DNA from: Acidimicrobiales bacterium
Lineage (GTDB): Bacteria; Actinomycetota; Acidimicrobiia; Acidimicrobiales; VFJN01
DNA length: 64,000 bases
Direction: 5' to 3'
Assembly: GCA_035265325.1 (NCBI GenBank)
Contig: DATFOS010000177.1
Span: 14,581-78,580 of the forward strand
Made by a program: the position numbers and the translations under genes. This document shows, piece after piece, positions 8,143 to 17,221 of the stretch. The stretch's first letter is position 1, and each line of letters opens with the position of its first letter. The notes under the pieces are model-generated. The model was not told the origin of the DNA, made no database searches, and saw only the letters and a list, made by a program, of their open reading frames with translations.

Positions 8143-8706
8143 ATGGCGCTGATCAACACCGAGCTCAAGCCGTTCACGGCCACCGCTTACCACGACGGCG
8201 AGTTCGTCGACGTGAGCGACGAGGACCTGAGGGGCAAGTGGTCGGTCGTGTTTTTCTACCCCGCCGACTTCACCTTCGTCTGCCCGACCGAGCTGGGTGA
8301 CCTGGCCGACAACTACGCCGAGTTCCAGCGGCTCGGGGTCGAGATCTACTCGGTGTCGACCGACACGCACTTCACGCACAAGGCGTGGCACGACACCTCC
8401 GACACGATCGGCAAGATCCGGTACCCGATGATCGGCGACCCGACCACGGCGATCTCGCAGAACTTCGACGTCCTGCGTGAGAACGAAGGCCTCGCCGACC
8501 GCGGCACGTTCGTGATCGACCCCGACGGCATCATCCAGGTCGTCGAGATCACGGCCGAGGGCATCGGCCGGAACGCGGTCGAGCTGCTCCGCAAGGTCAA
8601 GGCGGCGATCTACGTCCGTGAGCACCCGAACGAGGTGTGCCCGGCCAAGTGGGAAGAGGGCGACGACACCCTCGCCCCGTCGCTCGACCTCGTCGGCAAG
8701 ATTTAA
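8143..8706 (+). CDS. ahpC: alkyl hydroperoxide reductase subunit C (typical 2-Cys peroxiredoxin)
   Basis: [51 protein letters not shown]... has the peroxidatic FVCPTE and the resolving EVCPAKW near the C-terminus. 187 aa. GGAGG at 8127-8131. Confidence 0.97.
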   Translation: MALINTELKPFTATAYHDGEFVDVSDEDLRGKWSVVFFYPADFTFVCPTELGDLADNYAEFQRLGVEIYSVSTDTHFTHKAWHDTSDTIGKIRYPMIGDPTTAISQNFDVLRENEGLADRGTFVIDPDGIIQVVEITAEGIGRNAVELLRKVKAAIYVREHPNEVCPAKWEEGDDTLAPSLDLVGKI

Positions 8707-8708
8707 TC

Positions 8709-8852
8709 CCTCGGGGGGCTTCGCCCCCCGAGTGCCCCCGCCGGGGCTGCGCCCCGGACAACGCGTGGGCGGGCCACCGCACGAACCCACCACCTCGGGG
8801 GCTTCGCCCCCCGAGTCCCCCCGCCGGGGCTGCGCCCCGGACAACGCGTGGG
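8709..8852. repeat. two ~60-nt direct copies (8709-8769, 8793-8852; period 84 nt) of a double-hairpin REP-like element in the ahpC-ahpF spacer
   Basis: The copies differ by one G in a G-run and one G/C substitution. Each contains hairpin A, CTCGGGGGG-cttcg-CCCCCCGAG (8710-8732; 8794-8815), and hairpin B, CCGGGGC-tgc-GCCCCGG (8741-8757; 8824-8840). The repeated 'peptides' in several track ORFs here are a consequence of the DNA repeat. Confidence 0.85.
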
Positions 8853-8931
8853 TGAGCCCGTCGCCTGACGGGCCCGCCCACGCCGTTCCCCCACCACGTT
8901 CCCGCCCGCCCCCACCCGGTAGGAGCATTCG

Positions 8932-10545
8932 ATGCTGGACGACGCCCTCGCCGCGCAGCTGAAGACCCACTTCGCCAAGATCACCCGACCGATCGAGCTG
9001 GTGTCCTCACTGGACGACTCGCCCAAGTCGGCCGAGCTGGCCGCGCTGCTCGACCAGGTCGCCTCGCTGTCCGACCGCATCTCCGTGGCCCGGCGGGACG
9101 ACGACGCCCGCCGTCCCAGCTTCGCTATCACGCGGGTCGGCACCGACGTGTCGGTCCGCTTCGCCGGCATCCCCCTCGGCCACGAGCTGTCCTCGTTCGT
9201 GCTGGCACTGCTGCAGGTCGGCGGCCACCCGTCGACGGCGTCACCCGAGGTCGTCGAGCAGGTGCAGGAGCTGGTCGGCGAGTACCACTTCGAGACCTAC
9301 TTCTCGCTGTCCTGCCAGAACTGCCCCGACGTGGTGCAGGCGCTCAACCTCATGAGCGTCCTGAACCCCAACATCACGCACACGGCCATCGACGGCGCCC
9401 TGTTCCAGGACGAGGTCGAGGCCCGCCAGGTGATGGCCGTCCCCAACGTCTTCCTCAACGGCGAGCCCTTCGACCAGGGCCGCATGACGCTCGAGCAGAT
9501 CGTCGCCAAGCTCGACACAGGCAGCGCCGACCGGGCGAAGGCCCGCATCGACGGCCTCGACCCGTTCGACGTGCTGGTGGTCGGCGGCGGGCCCGCCGGC
9601 GCCTCGGCCGCCGTCTACGCCGCCCGCAAGGGCATCCGCACCGGCCTCGTGGCCGAGCGGTTCGGCGGCCAGGTGCTCGACACGATGGCCATCGAGAACT
9701 TCATCTCGGTCCCCTACACCGAGGGCCCCAGGATGGCGACGGCGCTCGAGCAGCACGTCAAGGAGTACGACGTCGACATCCTGGACCTCCAGAAGGCCAG
9801 CAAGCTCGTGCCGGCGTCCGAGCCGGGCGGGTTGACGACGGTCGAGCTGGAGTCCGGCGCCACCCTTCAGGCCCGGGCGGTCGTGCTGTCGACCGGTGCC
9901 CGCTGGCGCCAGACCGGCGTGCCCGGCGAGTCCGAGTACCGCAACAAGGGCGTGACCTACTGCCCGCACTGCGACGGGCCGCTGTTCAAGAACAAGCGGG
10001 TCGCCGTCATCGGCGGCGGCAACTCGGGCGTCGAGGCCGCGATCGACCTGGCCGGGGTGGTCAGCCACGTCACGCTGATCGAGTTCGACGGGAAGCTGCG
10101 CGCCGACGAGGTCCTCCAGCGCAAGCTGCGCAGCCTGCCCAACGTGACCATCGTGGTCGGCGCCCTGACGACCGAGGTGCTCGGTGACGGCGAGAAGGTC
10201 ACCGGCCTCACCTACGAGGACTGCCCGAGCGGTGAGGTCCACGCCGTCCACCTCGACGGGGTGTTCGTCCAGATCGGCCTGCTGCCCAACACCGAGTGGC
10301 TGGCCGGGGCGGTCGAGCTGTCCGACCGGGGCGAGGTCCTGGTCGACGAGCGGGGTCACACGTCGGTGCCCGGCGTGTTCGCCGCCGGCGACTGCACCAC
10401 CGTCCCGTTCAAGCAGATCGTCATCGCCATGGGCACCGGCTCGACGGCGGCCCTCAGCGCCTTCGACCACCTCATCCGCACTTCGGCGCCCGCCGAGGCG
10501 GCGGGGGCCGCCGACACCCCGGCGGACGCCGTGGCGGTGGCGTAG
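8932..10545 (+). CDS. ahpF: alkyl hydroperoxide reductase subunit F (NADH-dependent peroxiredoxin reductase)
   Basis: 537 aa. N-terminal thioredoxin-fold CxxC (SCQNCPD), FAD motif [16 protein letters not shown], redox-active CPHCDG, and NAD motif [19 protein letters not shown] at 8921-8925. Confidence 0.97.
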   Translation: MLDDALAAQLKTHFAKITRPIELVSSLDDSPKSAELAALLDQVASLSDRISVARRDDDARRPSFAITRVGTDVSVRFAGIPLGHELSSFVLALLQVGGHPSTASPEVVEQVQELVGEYHFETYFSLSCQNCPDVVQALNLMSVLNPNITHTAIDGALFQDEVEARQVMAVPNVFLNGEPFDQGRMTLEQIVAKLDTGSADRAKARIDGLDPFDVLVVGGGPAGASAAVYAARKGIRTGLVAERFGGQVLDTMAIENFISVPYTEGPRMATALEQHVKEYDVDILDLQKASKLVPASEPGGLTTVELESGATLQARAVVLSTGARWRQTGVPGESEYRNKGVTYCPHCDGPLFKNKRVAVIGGGNSGVEAAIDLAGVVSHVTLIEFDGKLRADEVLQRKLRSLPNVTIVVGALTTEVLGDGEKVTGLTYEDCPSGEVHAVHLDGVFVQIGLLPNTEWLAGAVELSDRGEVLVDERGHTSVPGVFAAGDCTTVPFKQIVIAMGTGSTAALSAFDHLIRTSAPAEAAGAADTPADAVAVA

Positions 10546-10594
10546 GTTCCCCTCGGACAGGGTACGTGGGCCCCAGTCGCCGGAGGCACCACCC

Positions 10595-11527
10595 ATGAAC
10601 CTGCGTGATCTCCACTACCTGGTCGCCGTGGCCGAGCACCGCCACTTCGGCAAGGCCGCCGACGCCAGCTTCGTGAGCCAGCCGACGCTGTCGATGCAGC
10701 TGAAGAAGCTGGAGCGCGAGCTCGGCGTCGAGCTGGTCGAGCGCAATTCGCGTCACGTGCTGCTCACCGACACCGGGCGCCAGGTGGTGGAGCGCGCCAA
10801 GGTCATCCTGGGCGAGGTCGACAACATCCGGGGCATCGCCCAGCAGGCGTCCGACCCCGAGTCCGGCACGCTGCGCATGGGCCTGTTCCCCACGCTGGCG
10901 CCCTACTTCCTGCCCCACGTCGTGCCGCAGGTCCACGCCCGGTTCCCCAAGCTCGAGCTCCTGCTCGTCGAGGAGAAGACCGAGGTCATCCACCGGGGCC
11001 TCCGCGACGGGCGGCTGGACGTGGCCCTCATGGCGCTGCCGGTCCACGACGACACGCTGCACGCCGAGGTCCTCTTCGAGGAGGACTTCCTGCTCGCCGT
11101 GCCCGCCGACCACCCGCTGGCGGCGCGGGAAGGCCCGGTGGAGGCGTCGGTGCTGGCGCAGGAGGAGGTCCTCCTCCTGGAGGAGGGCCACTGCCTCCGC
11201 GACCAGGCCCTCGCCGTGTGCCAGCTGGCCGGGGCCGCCGAGCGCAGCGGCTTCCGGGCCACCAGCCTGGAGACGCTGCGGCAGATGGTGGCCGCCGGGG
11301 TCGGCGTGACGCTGCTCCCCCAGCTGTCGGTGCAGCCGCCGGTCCCGACGTCGGGCGACGTGGCGCTGCGGCGCTTCGCCGAGCCGGCACCGCGCCGGCA
11401 GATCGCCATGTTCTGGAGGCCGAGCAGCGTCTACCGCGACCTGCTCCCCCGCCTCGCCGAGGTCATGCGCGACATGCCCCCCGGCCTGGCCAGCGCCTCG
11501 AGCCCGCTGACCGTCGCCCCGTCCTGA
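10595..11527 (+). CDS. oxyR: LysR-family hydrogen-peroxide-sensing regulator OxyR
   Basis: ATG at 10595 (GGAGG at 10582-10586). LysR wHTH LRDLHYLVAVAEHRHFGKAADASFVSQPTLSMQLKKLE, and the OxyR redox pair in EEGHCLRDQALAVC (equivalent to Cys199/Cys208). Confidence 0.9.
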   Translation: MNLRDLHYLVAVAEHRHFGKAADASFVSQPTLSMQLKKLERELGVELVERNSRHVLLTDTGRQVVERAKVILGEVDNIRGIAQQASDPESGTLRMGLFPTLAPYFLPHVVPQVHARFPKLELLLVEEKTEVIHRGLRDGRLDVALMALPVHDDTLHAEVLFEEDFLLAVPADHPLAAREGPVEASVLAQEEVLLLEEGHCLRDQALAVCQLAGAAERSGFRATSLETLRQMVAAGVGVTLLPQLSVQPPVPTSGDVALRRFAEPAPRRQIAMFWRPSSVYRDLLPRLAEVMRDMPPGLASASSPLTVAPS

Positions 11528-11545
11528 CCCGCGGGGCGGGCGCCA

Positions 11546-11836
11546 CTAGCCGGACACCATCTCGCTGGTCTGCATCACCGGCGTGATGGTCGTGTAGTTC
11601 GCGACGTCGGCGATGATCTCGCCTGTCCCCCCGGCGCCCATGGCGGCGTTCAGAGCGTCCTGGTCGGCGAAGATGAAGTGGACGGCGGCCACGTGGGGCC
11701 CGTCGATGCCGCGGTCGACCTCGGCCCGGACCGGCGACCACGTCTTCACCGCCAGCGGGACGTGCCGCTCGCGGTAGTAGTCGTGGTCGAACGTGGCGCC
11801 GTCGGTCGACGGGTACAGGACGCTGAGTCGGATCAC
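11546..11836 (-). CDS. EthD family reductase (small dimeric alpha-beta barrel)
   Basis: GTG at 11836. 96 aa: VIRLSVLYPSTDGATFDHDYYRERHVPLAVKTW...VAAVHFIFADQDALNAAMG..., the EthD-family pattern. The rest of the 636-aa track ORF is shadow. Confidence 0.8.
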   Translation of the reverse strand: MIRLSVLYPSTDGATFDHDYYRERHVPLAVKTWSPVRAEVDRGIDGPHVAAVHFIFADQDALNAAMGAGGTGEIIADVANYTTITPVMQTSEMVSG

Positions 11837-12076
11837 GCCCGCACAGTACGGGGCGGCGACCGCCACGGCGACCGGGGACCCACCGATCGTGCCGGCGGGG
11901 GCGAGAGGGGTTGACGCCGGGGCGGGGACGGGAGGAGCCTCGTGGCCGGACCTTCCACCCGTCGTGCCGGTTCCCGGCCCGACCCGGGGCCGAGGGGCGC
12001 TGCGACGGGACGACCCCGCCACGCTCGGGCCCGGCGCGCAGGCCAAGGGCGCCCTCTCCCGAGGAGGACACCCCCC

Positions 12077-12871
12077 ATGGGCCCATTCGCTCCCGAGCCG
12101 CTCACCATCCCGGCCGTCCCCGCCCCCGGCACCGTCGTGGGCCGGGTCGCCGGCCTGTGGCGCTACCCCGTGAAGGCCATGGCCGCCGAGCCACTCGATC
12201 GCGCCGAGGTCGCCTGGTACGGCATCGCCGGCGACCGGCGCTGGGGATTCACCCGCGACGCGGCGGCGGCCACCGGCTTCCCGTGGCTCACGATCCGGCA
12301 GCGCCCCGACCTGGTCCGCTACGCCGCGCGGCTCGTGGACCGGGACCGGCCCGACAGCACCGCGGTCGTCGTCCGCACGCCGGCCGGGGACGACGTCGAC
12401 GTGACCGACCCCGCCCTGGCGGGCGAGCTGGGCGACGGTGTCCGGGCCATCAAGCTCGACCGCGGGGCCTTCGACGCCGCCCCACTGTCGGTCCTCACGA
12501 CCGGCTCGCTGGACGCGCTGGGCAAGGTGGCAGGCGGCCCGCTGAGCGCCGTCCGCTTCCGCCCGAACGTCCTCGTGGCGACGGGCCCCGCCGCCGGCGC
12601 GTGGCCGGAGGACGGCTGGGTCGGCGGCACGCTGGCCGTCGGCCCGGTCGTGCTCCACGTCGACCGGCCCGACCGCCGCTGCGTCGTCGTCGACGTGGAC
12701 CCGGCCACGGGCTGGAAGGAGCCCGGTGTGCTGCGGGCCATCGCCCGCCACCACGGCGGCACGTTCGGCACGTACGCCGCCCCGGTCCGGCCGGGGACCG
12801 TGGCCGTCGGCGACCCGGTCACGGTCGTGTCCTCTCCGGTGCCGGAGCCGGGCCCGGTCGGCGTCCCGTGA
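12077..12871 (+). CDS. MOSC domain-containing protein (N-terminal beta-barrel + MOSC)
   Basis: ATG at 12077 with GAGGAGG at 12061-12067. GRVAGLWRYPVKAMAAEPLD (MOSC_N), then RFRPNVLV...DRRCVVVDVDPATG with the conserved Cys. Confidence 0.85.
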   Translation: MGPFAPEPLTIPAVPAPGTVVGRVAGLWRYPVKAMAAEPLDRAEVAWYGIAGDRRWGFTRDAAAATGFPWLTIRQRPDLVRYAARLVDRDRPDSTAVVVRTPAGDDVDVTDPALAGELGDGVRAIKLDRGAFDAAPLSVLTTGSLDALGKVAGGPLSAVRFRPNVLVATGPAAGAWPEDGWVGGTLAVGPVVLHVDRPDRRCVVVDVDPATGWKEPGVLRAIARHHGGTFGTYAAPVRPGTVAVGDPVTVVSSPVPEPGPVGVP

Positions 12872-12891
12872 GGCCTGCCTGACGGGCCGGC

Positions 12892-13782
12892 TCAGCGCTC
12901 GAGCTGCGTGACCACGTAGTCGGCGTGGACGGCGATGCCCTTGGATGTCGTCTGGCTGCGGGCGGCGAGGTGGTTCTCCATGATCGCCCGGCCCTCGTCG
13001 AGCTTTCCCGCGGCGGCAAGGGCCTCGGCCGTGGCGACCCAAGGAGCGGCGTTGGCCATCATCGAGTCGACGGCCGCCGCCGGCGACGGGAACGGGATGA
13101 GCACGCGGGAGGTCCGGGCGCCGGCGAGCACCAGGCCGGTGCCGGCGAAGAAGGCGGCCACCTGCTCGGGGTCGGCCCACCGGGTGGTGTCGACCGGGGC
13201 GTCGGCGGCCGCGCCACCGCTGGTCCCGGGGGGCGGGGCCGGGAACAGGTCGAGCAGCGCGAGCGGCGGCCGGCCGAACGCCCCGTCGCCGTGCCAGGCG
13301 GCGACGGACACGGTCCCGCCGGGGGCGGTGGCGCTGGCCACCTGGGCCGCCACGGCCACGGGGTCGCCGGCGAACATGACACCGAACGCGGAGGTCACGA
13401 CGTCGTGGACGCCCACCCCGCTCAGGTCCTCGAACGACCCGGTCACGAACCGGCACTCGACCCCCGCCGCCAGGGCCCGCTCGGTGGCGACGGCCAGCAT
13501 CTCGGGCGTCACGTCCACGCCGACGACCTCGGCGCCGGCGCGGGCGGCGGCGATGGCGACGCTGCCGGTCCCACAGGCGACGTCGAGGAGGCGCGCCCCC
13601 GGCGTCACGAGGGGTTCGCCGTCGGCGGCGACGAGGACGTCGCGGGACGCCTCGGCGTACCAGTCCCCCACGACCGCGTAGTCGCCACGCCGCCAGAAGG
13701 CGCTGGCCGGGTGCTCCTCGTCCGGGACGGCGGGTGCGGCGCGGGTGGGCCCGGCTGCGGCGGTGGGGTCGACGTCGGCCAT
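12892..13782 (-). CDS. class I SAM-dependent methyltransferase
   Basis: ATG at 13782. 296 aa. Motif I LLDVACGTGSVAIAAARAGAEVVGVDVTPEML and post-I/II FEDL...VVTSAFGVMF. Confidence 0.85.
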   Translation of the reverse strand: MADVDPTAAAGPTRAAPAVPDEEHPASAFWRRGDYAVVGDWYAEASRDVLVAADGEPLVTPGARLLDVACGTGSVAIAAARAGAEVVGVDVTPEMLAVATERALAAGVECRFVTGSFEDLSGVGVHDVVTSAFGVMFAGDPVAVAAQVASATAPGGTVSVAAWHGDGAFGRPPLALLDLFPAPPPGTSGGAAADAPVDTTRWADPEQVAAFFAGTGLVLAGARTSRVLIPFPSPAAAVDSMMANAAPWVATAEALAAAGKLDEGRAIMENHLAARSQTTSKGIAVHADYVVTQLER

Positions 13783-13917
13783 GGCGCGAATGATGTCAGC
13801 CCCACGCACACGCCCGGCGGGCCTCGGCCGCGTCCGGGGCGGCCCCCACCGCCGCCCGGCATGGGCGATGCTGGGCGCCTGGGGTGTCGCCCGGCACCCG
13901 TGTGGGTGGAATGAAGG

Positions 13918-15291
13918 GTGGCGCATGTGATCGAGCGGCTGTCCCGTCGACGTTTCGTGCTCGCCTCGGGGGCCGCCGCGGTCGCGACCTCGGTGGGGGC
14001 CGCCTGCTCCGGCGGGGACGACGACGCAGCGGGCTCCGGCGGCGCCGCCCTTGCCGGCGGCCGGGCGGACGGGAGCGACGCCCCCGTCTTCGACCCGTCC
14101 GACTGGGACTCCGTCCGCGGCCAGTTCCGCCTGTCCCCCGACGTCGCCCACTTCGCCGCGTTCGTGTTCGCCTCGCACCCGGCCCCGGTCCGGGAGGCCA
14201 TCGCCCGCCACCGCGACGGGCTCGACGCCGACAGCGACAGCTACATCGCCGCGAACGAGGTCGACAGCGAGATCGCCGTGCGCGAGAACGCCGGCCGGTA
14301 CCTCGGCACCGAGCCCACCGACGTGGCGCTCACCGACAGCACCACCATGGGCCTCGGGCTCCTCTACGGCGGGCTCCGGCTCGAGGACGGCGACGAGGTC
14401 GTCACGACCGAGCACGACTTCTACGCCACCCACGAGGCGCTGCGGCTGCGGGCGGAGCGGACGGGCGTGTCGGTCCGGCGCGTGGCCCTCTACGACGACC
14501 CGGCCGCGGCGAGCGCCGACGAGATGGTGTCCCGCGTCCTCGACGCGGTGACGCCCCGGACCAGGGCGATCGCGGTGACGTGGGTTCACTCGGGCACCGG
14601 CGTGCGGCTGCCGGCCGCCGAGCTGTCCGAGGCCGTGCGCGAGCAGGCCCGCACCGCCGGGATCGAGGCGCCGCTGGTGTGCCTCGACGGCGTCCACGGC
14701 CTCGCCGCGGTCGACGCCGACGTGGGCGACCTGGGCGTCGACTTCCTGTCCGCCGGGACCCACAAGTGGCTCTTCGGGCCCCGGGGCACCGGGGTCCTGT
14801 GGGGTCGCCGCGCCGCCTGGGAACGCGTCGACGTGGCCATCCCGCCGTTCGAGCCGTCGTCCTTCGAGGCGTGGCTCAACCGGACAACGCCCGAGCCCGT
14901 CCCCGCCGGCCTCCGGGTCAGCCCGGGCGGCTACCACACGTTCGAGCACCGCTGGGCGCTGGCCGAGGCGTTCCGGTTCCACCTCGACATCGGCCGGGCC
15001 GCGGTCGCCGACCGCATCACCGAGCAGGCCACCCGGCTCAAGGAGGGCCTGGCGGCGATCGACGACGTGTCGGTGGTGACGCCGATGGGCCCGGACCTCT
15101 CCGCCGGGATCGTGTGCGTCGATGTCGAGGGCGTGGCGCCCTACGGCGTGGTCAGCACGCTGCGCCAGGCCGGGTACGCCGTCTCGATCGCCCCGTACCC
15201 GACGCCGTACGCCCGCTTCGGCCCGAGCATCGTCACCACGCCCGAGCAGGTCGACGGCCTGGTCGCCGCGGTCGCCGACCTCCGCTCGTGA
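13918..15291 (+). CDS. class-V (PLP) aminotransferase, isopenicillin-N-epimerase-like, with Tat signal and lipobox
   Basis: 457 aa. N-terminus SRRRFVLASGAAAVATSVGAAC (twin-Arg plus Cys lipobox). PLP-Lys motif SAGTHKWLFGPRGTG. DSTTMGL and VTWVHSGTG segments are typical of fold-type I class V. Confidence 0.85.
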   Translation: MAHVIERLSRRRFVLASGAAAVATSVGAACSGGDDDAAGSGGAALAGGRADGSDAPVFDPSDWDSVRGQFRLSPDVAHFAAFVFASHPAPVREAIARHRDGLDADSDSYIAANEVDSEIAVRENAGRYLGTEPTDVALTDSTTMGLGLLYGGLRLEDGDEVVTTEHDFYATHEALRLRAERTGVSVRRVALYDDPAAASADEMVSRVLDAVTPRTRAIAVTWVHSGTGVRLPAAELSEAVREQARTAGIEAPLVCLDGVHGLAAVDADVGDLGVDFLSAGTHKWLFGPRGTGVLWGRRAAWERVDVAIPPFEPSSFEAWLNRTTPEPVPAGLRVSPGGYHTFEHRWALAEAFRFHLDIGRAAVADRITEQATRLKEGLAAIDDVSVVTPMGPDLSAGIVCVDVEGVAPYGVVSTLRQAGYAVSIAPYPTPYARFGPSIVTTPEQVDGLVAAVADLRS

Positions 15292-15312
15292 CGGCTCCGC
15301 GGGCCCGGCCGG

Positions 15313-15930
15313 TCAGCTCGACGGTGGGTAGCCGCTCGCCTCGAGCAGGGTGGCGAGGTGGGCGGCGTTGACCGCCACCTGCTTCGTGGTGCCGGACACG
15401 CTCTCGGGCGTCTTCTCGAGGTCCTTGTAGTCGGTGCCGCCCATCGCCTCGCCCACCCAATAGGTGGTGGCGTTGGCGGGGATCGTGAAGCCCACGTCGC
15501 TGAGCGCCTGGTACAGCTCGGCGGACACGTGGTGGGCGCCGTCCTCGTTGCCCACCACGGCGACGACGGCGACCTTGCCGAAGCTCGGCATGCGGCCACC
15601 GTCGTCGGTCTCGGACAGGAAGGCGTCCATCCGCTCGGTGACCCGCTTGGCCACCGACGAGGGCTGGCCCAGCCAGATCGGCGTCCCGAACACCAGGATG
15701 TCCGCGCCCATGATGCGCTCACGCAGGGCGGGCCAGTCGTCGCCGTCGCCCTCGTCGGACGTCACACCCGGCTTGATGATCAGGTCCGCGACCCGGACCG
15801 GCGGGCCCATGACCTCGACGCCGGCTGTGTCCAGCTCGTCGAGGAGCTGCTGGACCAGCAGGTCGGTGCTGGACGGCGTCGTCCCGCCCTTCAGCGTGCA
15901 GTTGATCCCGAGAGCCCGGAGGTTCGCCAT
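15313..15930 (-). CDS. flavodoxin-like NAD(P)H-dependent FMN reductase
   Basis: ATG at 15930. MANLRALGINCTLK...ADILVFGTPIWLGQPSSVAKRVTERMD...KVAVVAVVGNEDG, the flavodoxin_2/FMN_red pattern. Confidence 0.85.
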   Translation of the reverse strand: MANLRALGINCTLKGGTTPSSTDLLVQQLLDELDTAGVEVMGPPVRVADLIIKPGVTSDEGDGDDWPALRERIMGADILVFGTPIWLGQPSSVAKRVTERMDAFLSETDDGGRMPSFGKVAVVAVVGNEDGAHHVSAELYQALSDVGFTIPANATTYWVGEAMGGTDYKDLEKTPESVSGTTKQVAVNAAHLATLLEASGYPPSS

Positions 15931-16132
15931 GGCGGCGGCGCTACCCGGCCAACCCGGCGGACAACCGGGCACGGTCGGTGCGTGCGGTCAGACGGTGCAG
16001 CGTGCCCACCCTCGCCCGGCCGGCCCGCGGTCCCCGTCGTCGCCGCTCCGCCGGGCCCCGCGATCCCCGTCCCGCGGCCCGGGCGCTCCGATCCCGCTTG
16101 CGGGCCGGCGGGCCCGTGGGTCACCGTGCCGC

Positions 16133-16957
16133 ATGTTCGTGACCTCGGGCGCCGCCCGCCTCGCCGTCGACGTCACCGGGGCGCCGGACGGGCCGCCGGT
16201 GCTGATGCTCCACGCCAGCGTGAGCGACAGCCGCAGCTGGTCGCCCCTGGCCGAGGCGCTCGGGCCCGGCGTGCGTGCCATCGCCGTCGACCGCCGGGGC
16301 TTCGGCCTCACCGCCTACGCGCCCGAGCCGCACTCCGACGTCGACGACACGGTGGCGGTGGTCGACGCGCTGGGTGTGGGCGCCGCCGCCGTGGTCGGTG
16401 CCTCCCGCGGCGGCCTTCTTGCCCTCGACCTGGCGCTGGCCCACCCCGACCGGGTGTCCGCCCTCGTGCTGATCAGCCCCGGCGTGCGGGGCGCCCCGGT
16501 CCTGGTGCCGGACTCGCCGGCCCTCGAGGCGCTCGACCTGGCGATCCAGGCCGCCGAGGAGGCCGGCGACCTCGACGAGGTCAACCGCCTCGAGGCGCAG
16601 GTCTGGCTCGACGGGCCGCACGCCCCGGCGGGGCGGGTTACCGGCCCGGTGCGGGACCTGTTCCTCGACATGAACGGCATCGCCCTCGCCGCCGCCGACC
16701 CGGGCCCGCCGGCCGATGCGCCGCCGGCATGGGACCGGCTCGACGACGTCACCGTCCCGACGCTGGTGCTGGTCGGCGACCTCGATGTCCCCGACGACGT
16801 CGCGCGGGCCGACGCGCTGGGCGAGCGGTTACCCCAGGCTGAGGTCCGCCACCTCGGCGGCACGGCCCACCTCCCGCACCTCGAGCCCCATCCCGCCTGC
16901 CTCCCCGCCATCACCTCCTTCCTCGCCGCCGCGGGCGCCCTCGGCTCCCGCCCCTGA
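16133..16957 (+). CDS. alpha/beta hydrolase
   Basis: ATG at 16133 (in frame with track ORF 15464). PPVLMLHASVSDSRSW, nucleophile elbow VVGASRGG, and C-terminal GTAHLPHLE (catalytic His). Confidence 0.85.
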   Translation: MFVTSGAARLAVDVTGAPDGPPVLMLHASVSDSRSWSPLAEALGPGVRAIAVDRRGFGLTAYAPEPHSDVDDTVAVVDALGVGAAAVVGASRGGLLALDLALAHPDRVSALVLISPGVRGAPVLVPDSPALEALDLAIQAAEEAGDLDEVNRLEAQVWLDGPHAPAGRVTGPVRDLFLDMNGIALAAADPGPPADAPPAWDRLDDVTVPTLVLVGDLDVPDDVARADALGERLPQAEVRHLGGTAHLPHLEPHPACLPAITSFLAAAGALGSRP

Positions 16958-16982
16958 CCGCCGGTACCTGGCCGGCGGCGGG

Positions 16983-17192
16983 TCAGCTGGTGGGACGCTC
17001 GAACGTGACGAGCACGCCCTCGACCGAGCCGGGCCCGAGCCGGCCCTTGACCTCGACCGCGGTGATGGCCCTGAGCTGCCAGCCGGACCGGCCGTGCTCG
17101 TTGAGCACCTTCTCCACCTTGTCCGGCGACATCTTCCCGCCGATCAGCCCTTCCCGGAGCTGGACGACCTTGTACTCCCACGTCTGTGCCAT
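16983..17192 (-). CDS. DUF4177 domain-containing small protein
   Basis: 69 aa: MAQTWEYKVVQLREGLIGGKMSPDKVEKVLNEHGRSGWQLRAI... matches the DUF4177 pattern (WEYK...LN..G..GWEL). Confidence 0.8.
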   Translation of the reverse strand: MAQTWEYKVVQLREGLIGGKMSPDKVEKVLNEHGRSGWQLRAITAVEVKGRLGPGSVEGVLVTFERPTS

Positions 17193-17221
17193 GCCGACCG
17201 TCTAGCCGCTCGGCCCGGCGT

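Noticed and set aside
8597-8970. Several 70-290-aa ORFs in the ahpC-ahpF spacer with repeated peptide segments (e.g. GASPPECPRRGCAPDNAW)
   Set aside because: The peptide repeats are simply translations of the duplicated DNA hairpin element in different frames. The spacer is flanked by the real ahpC stop and the ahpF SD/ATG.
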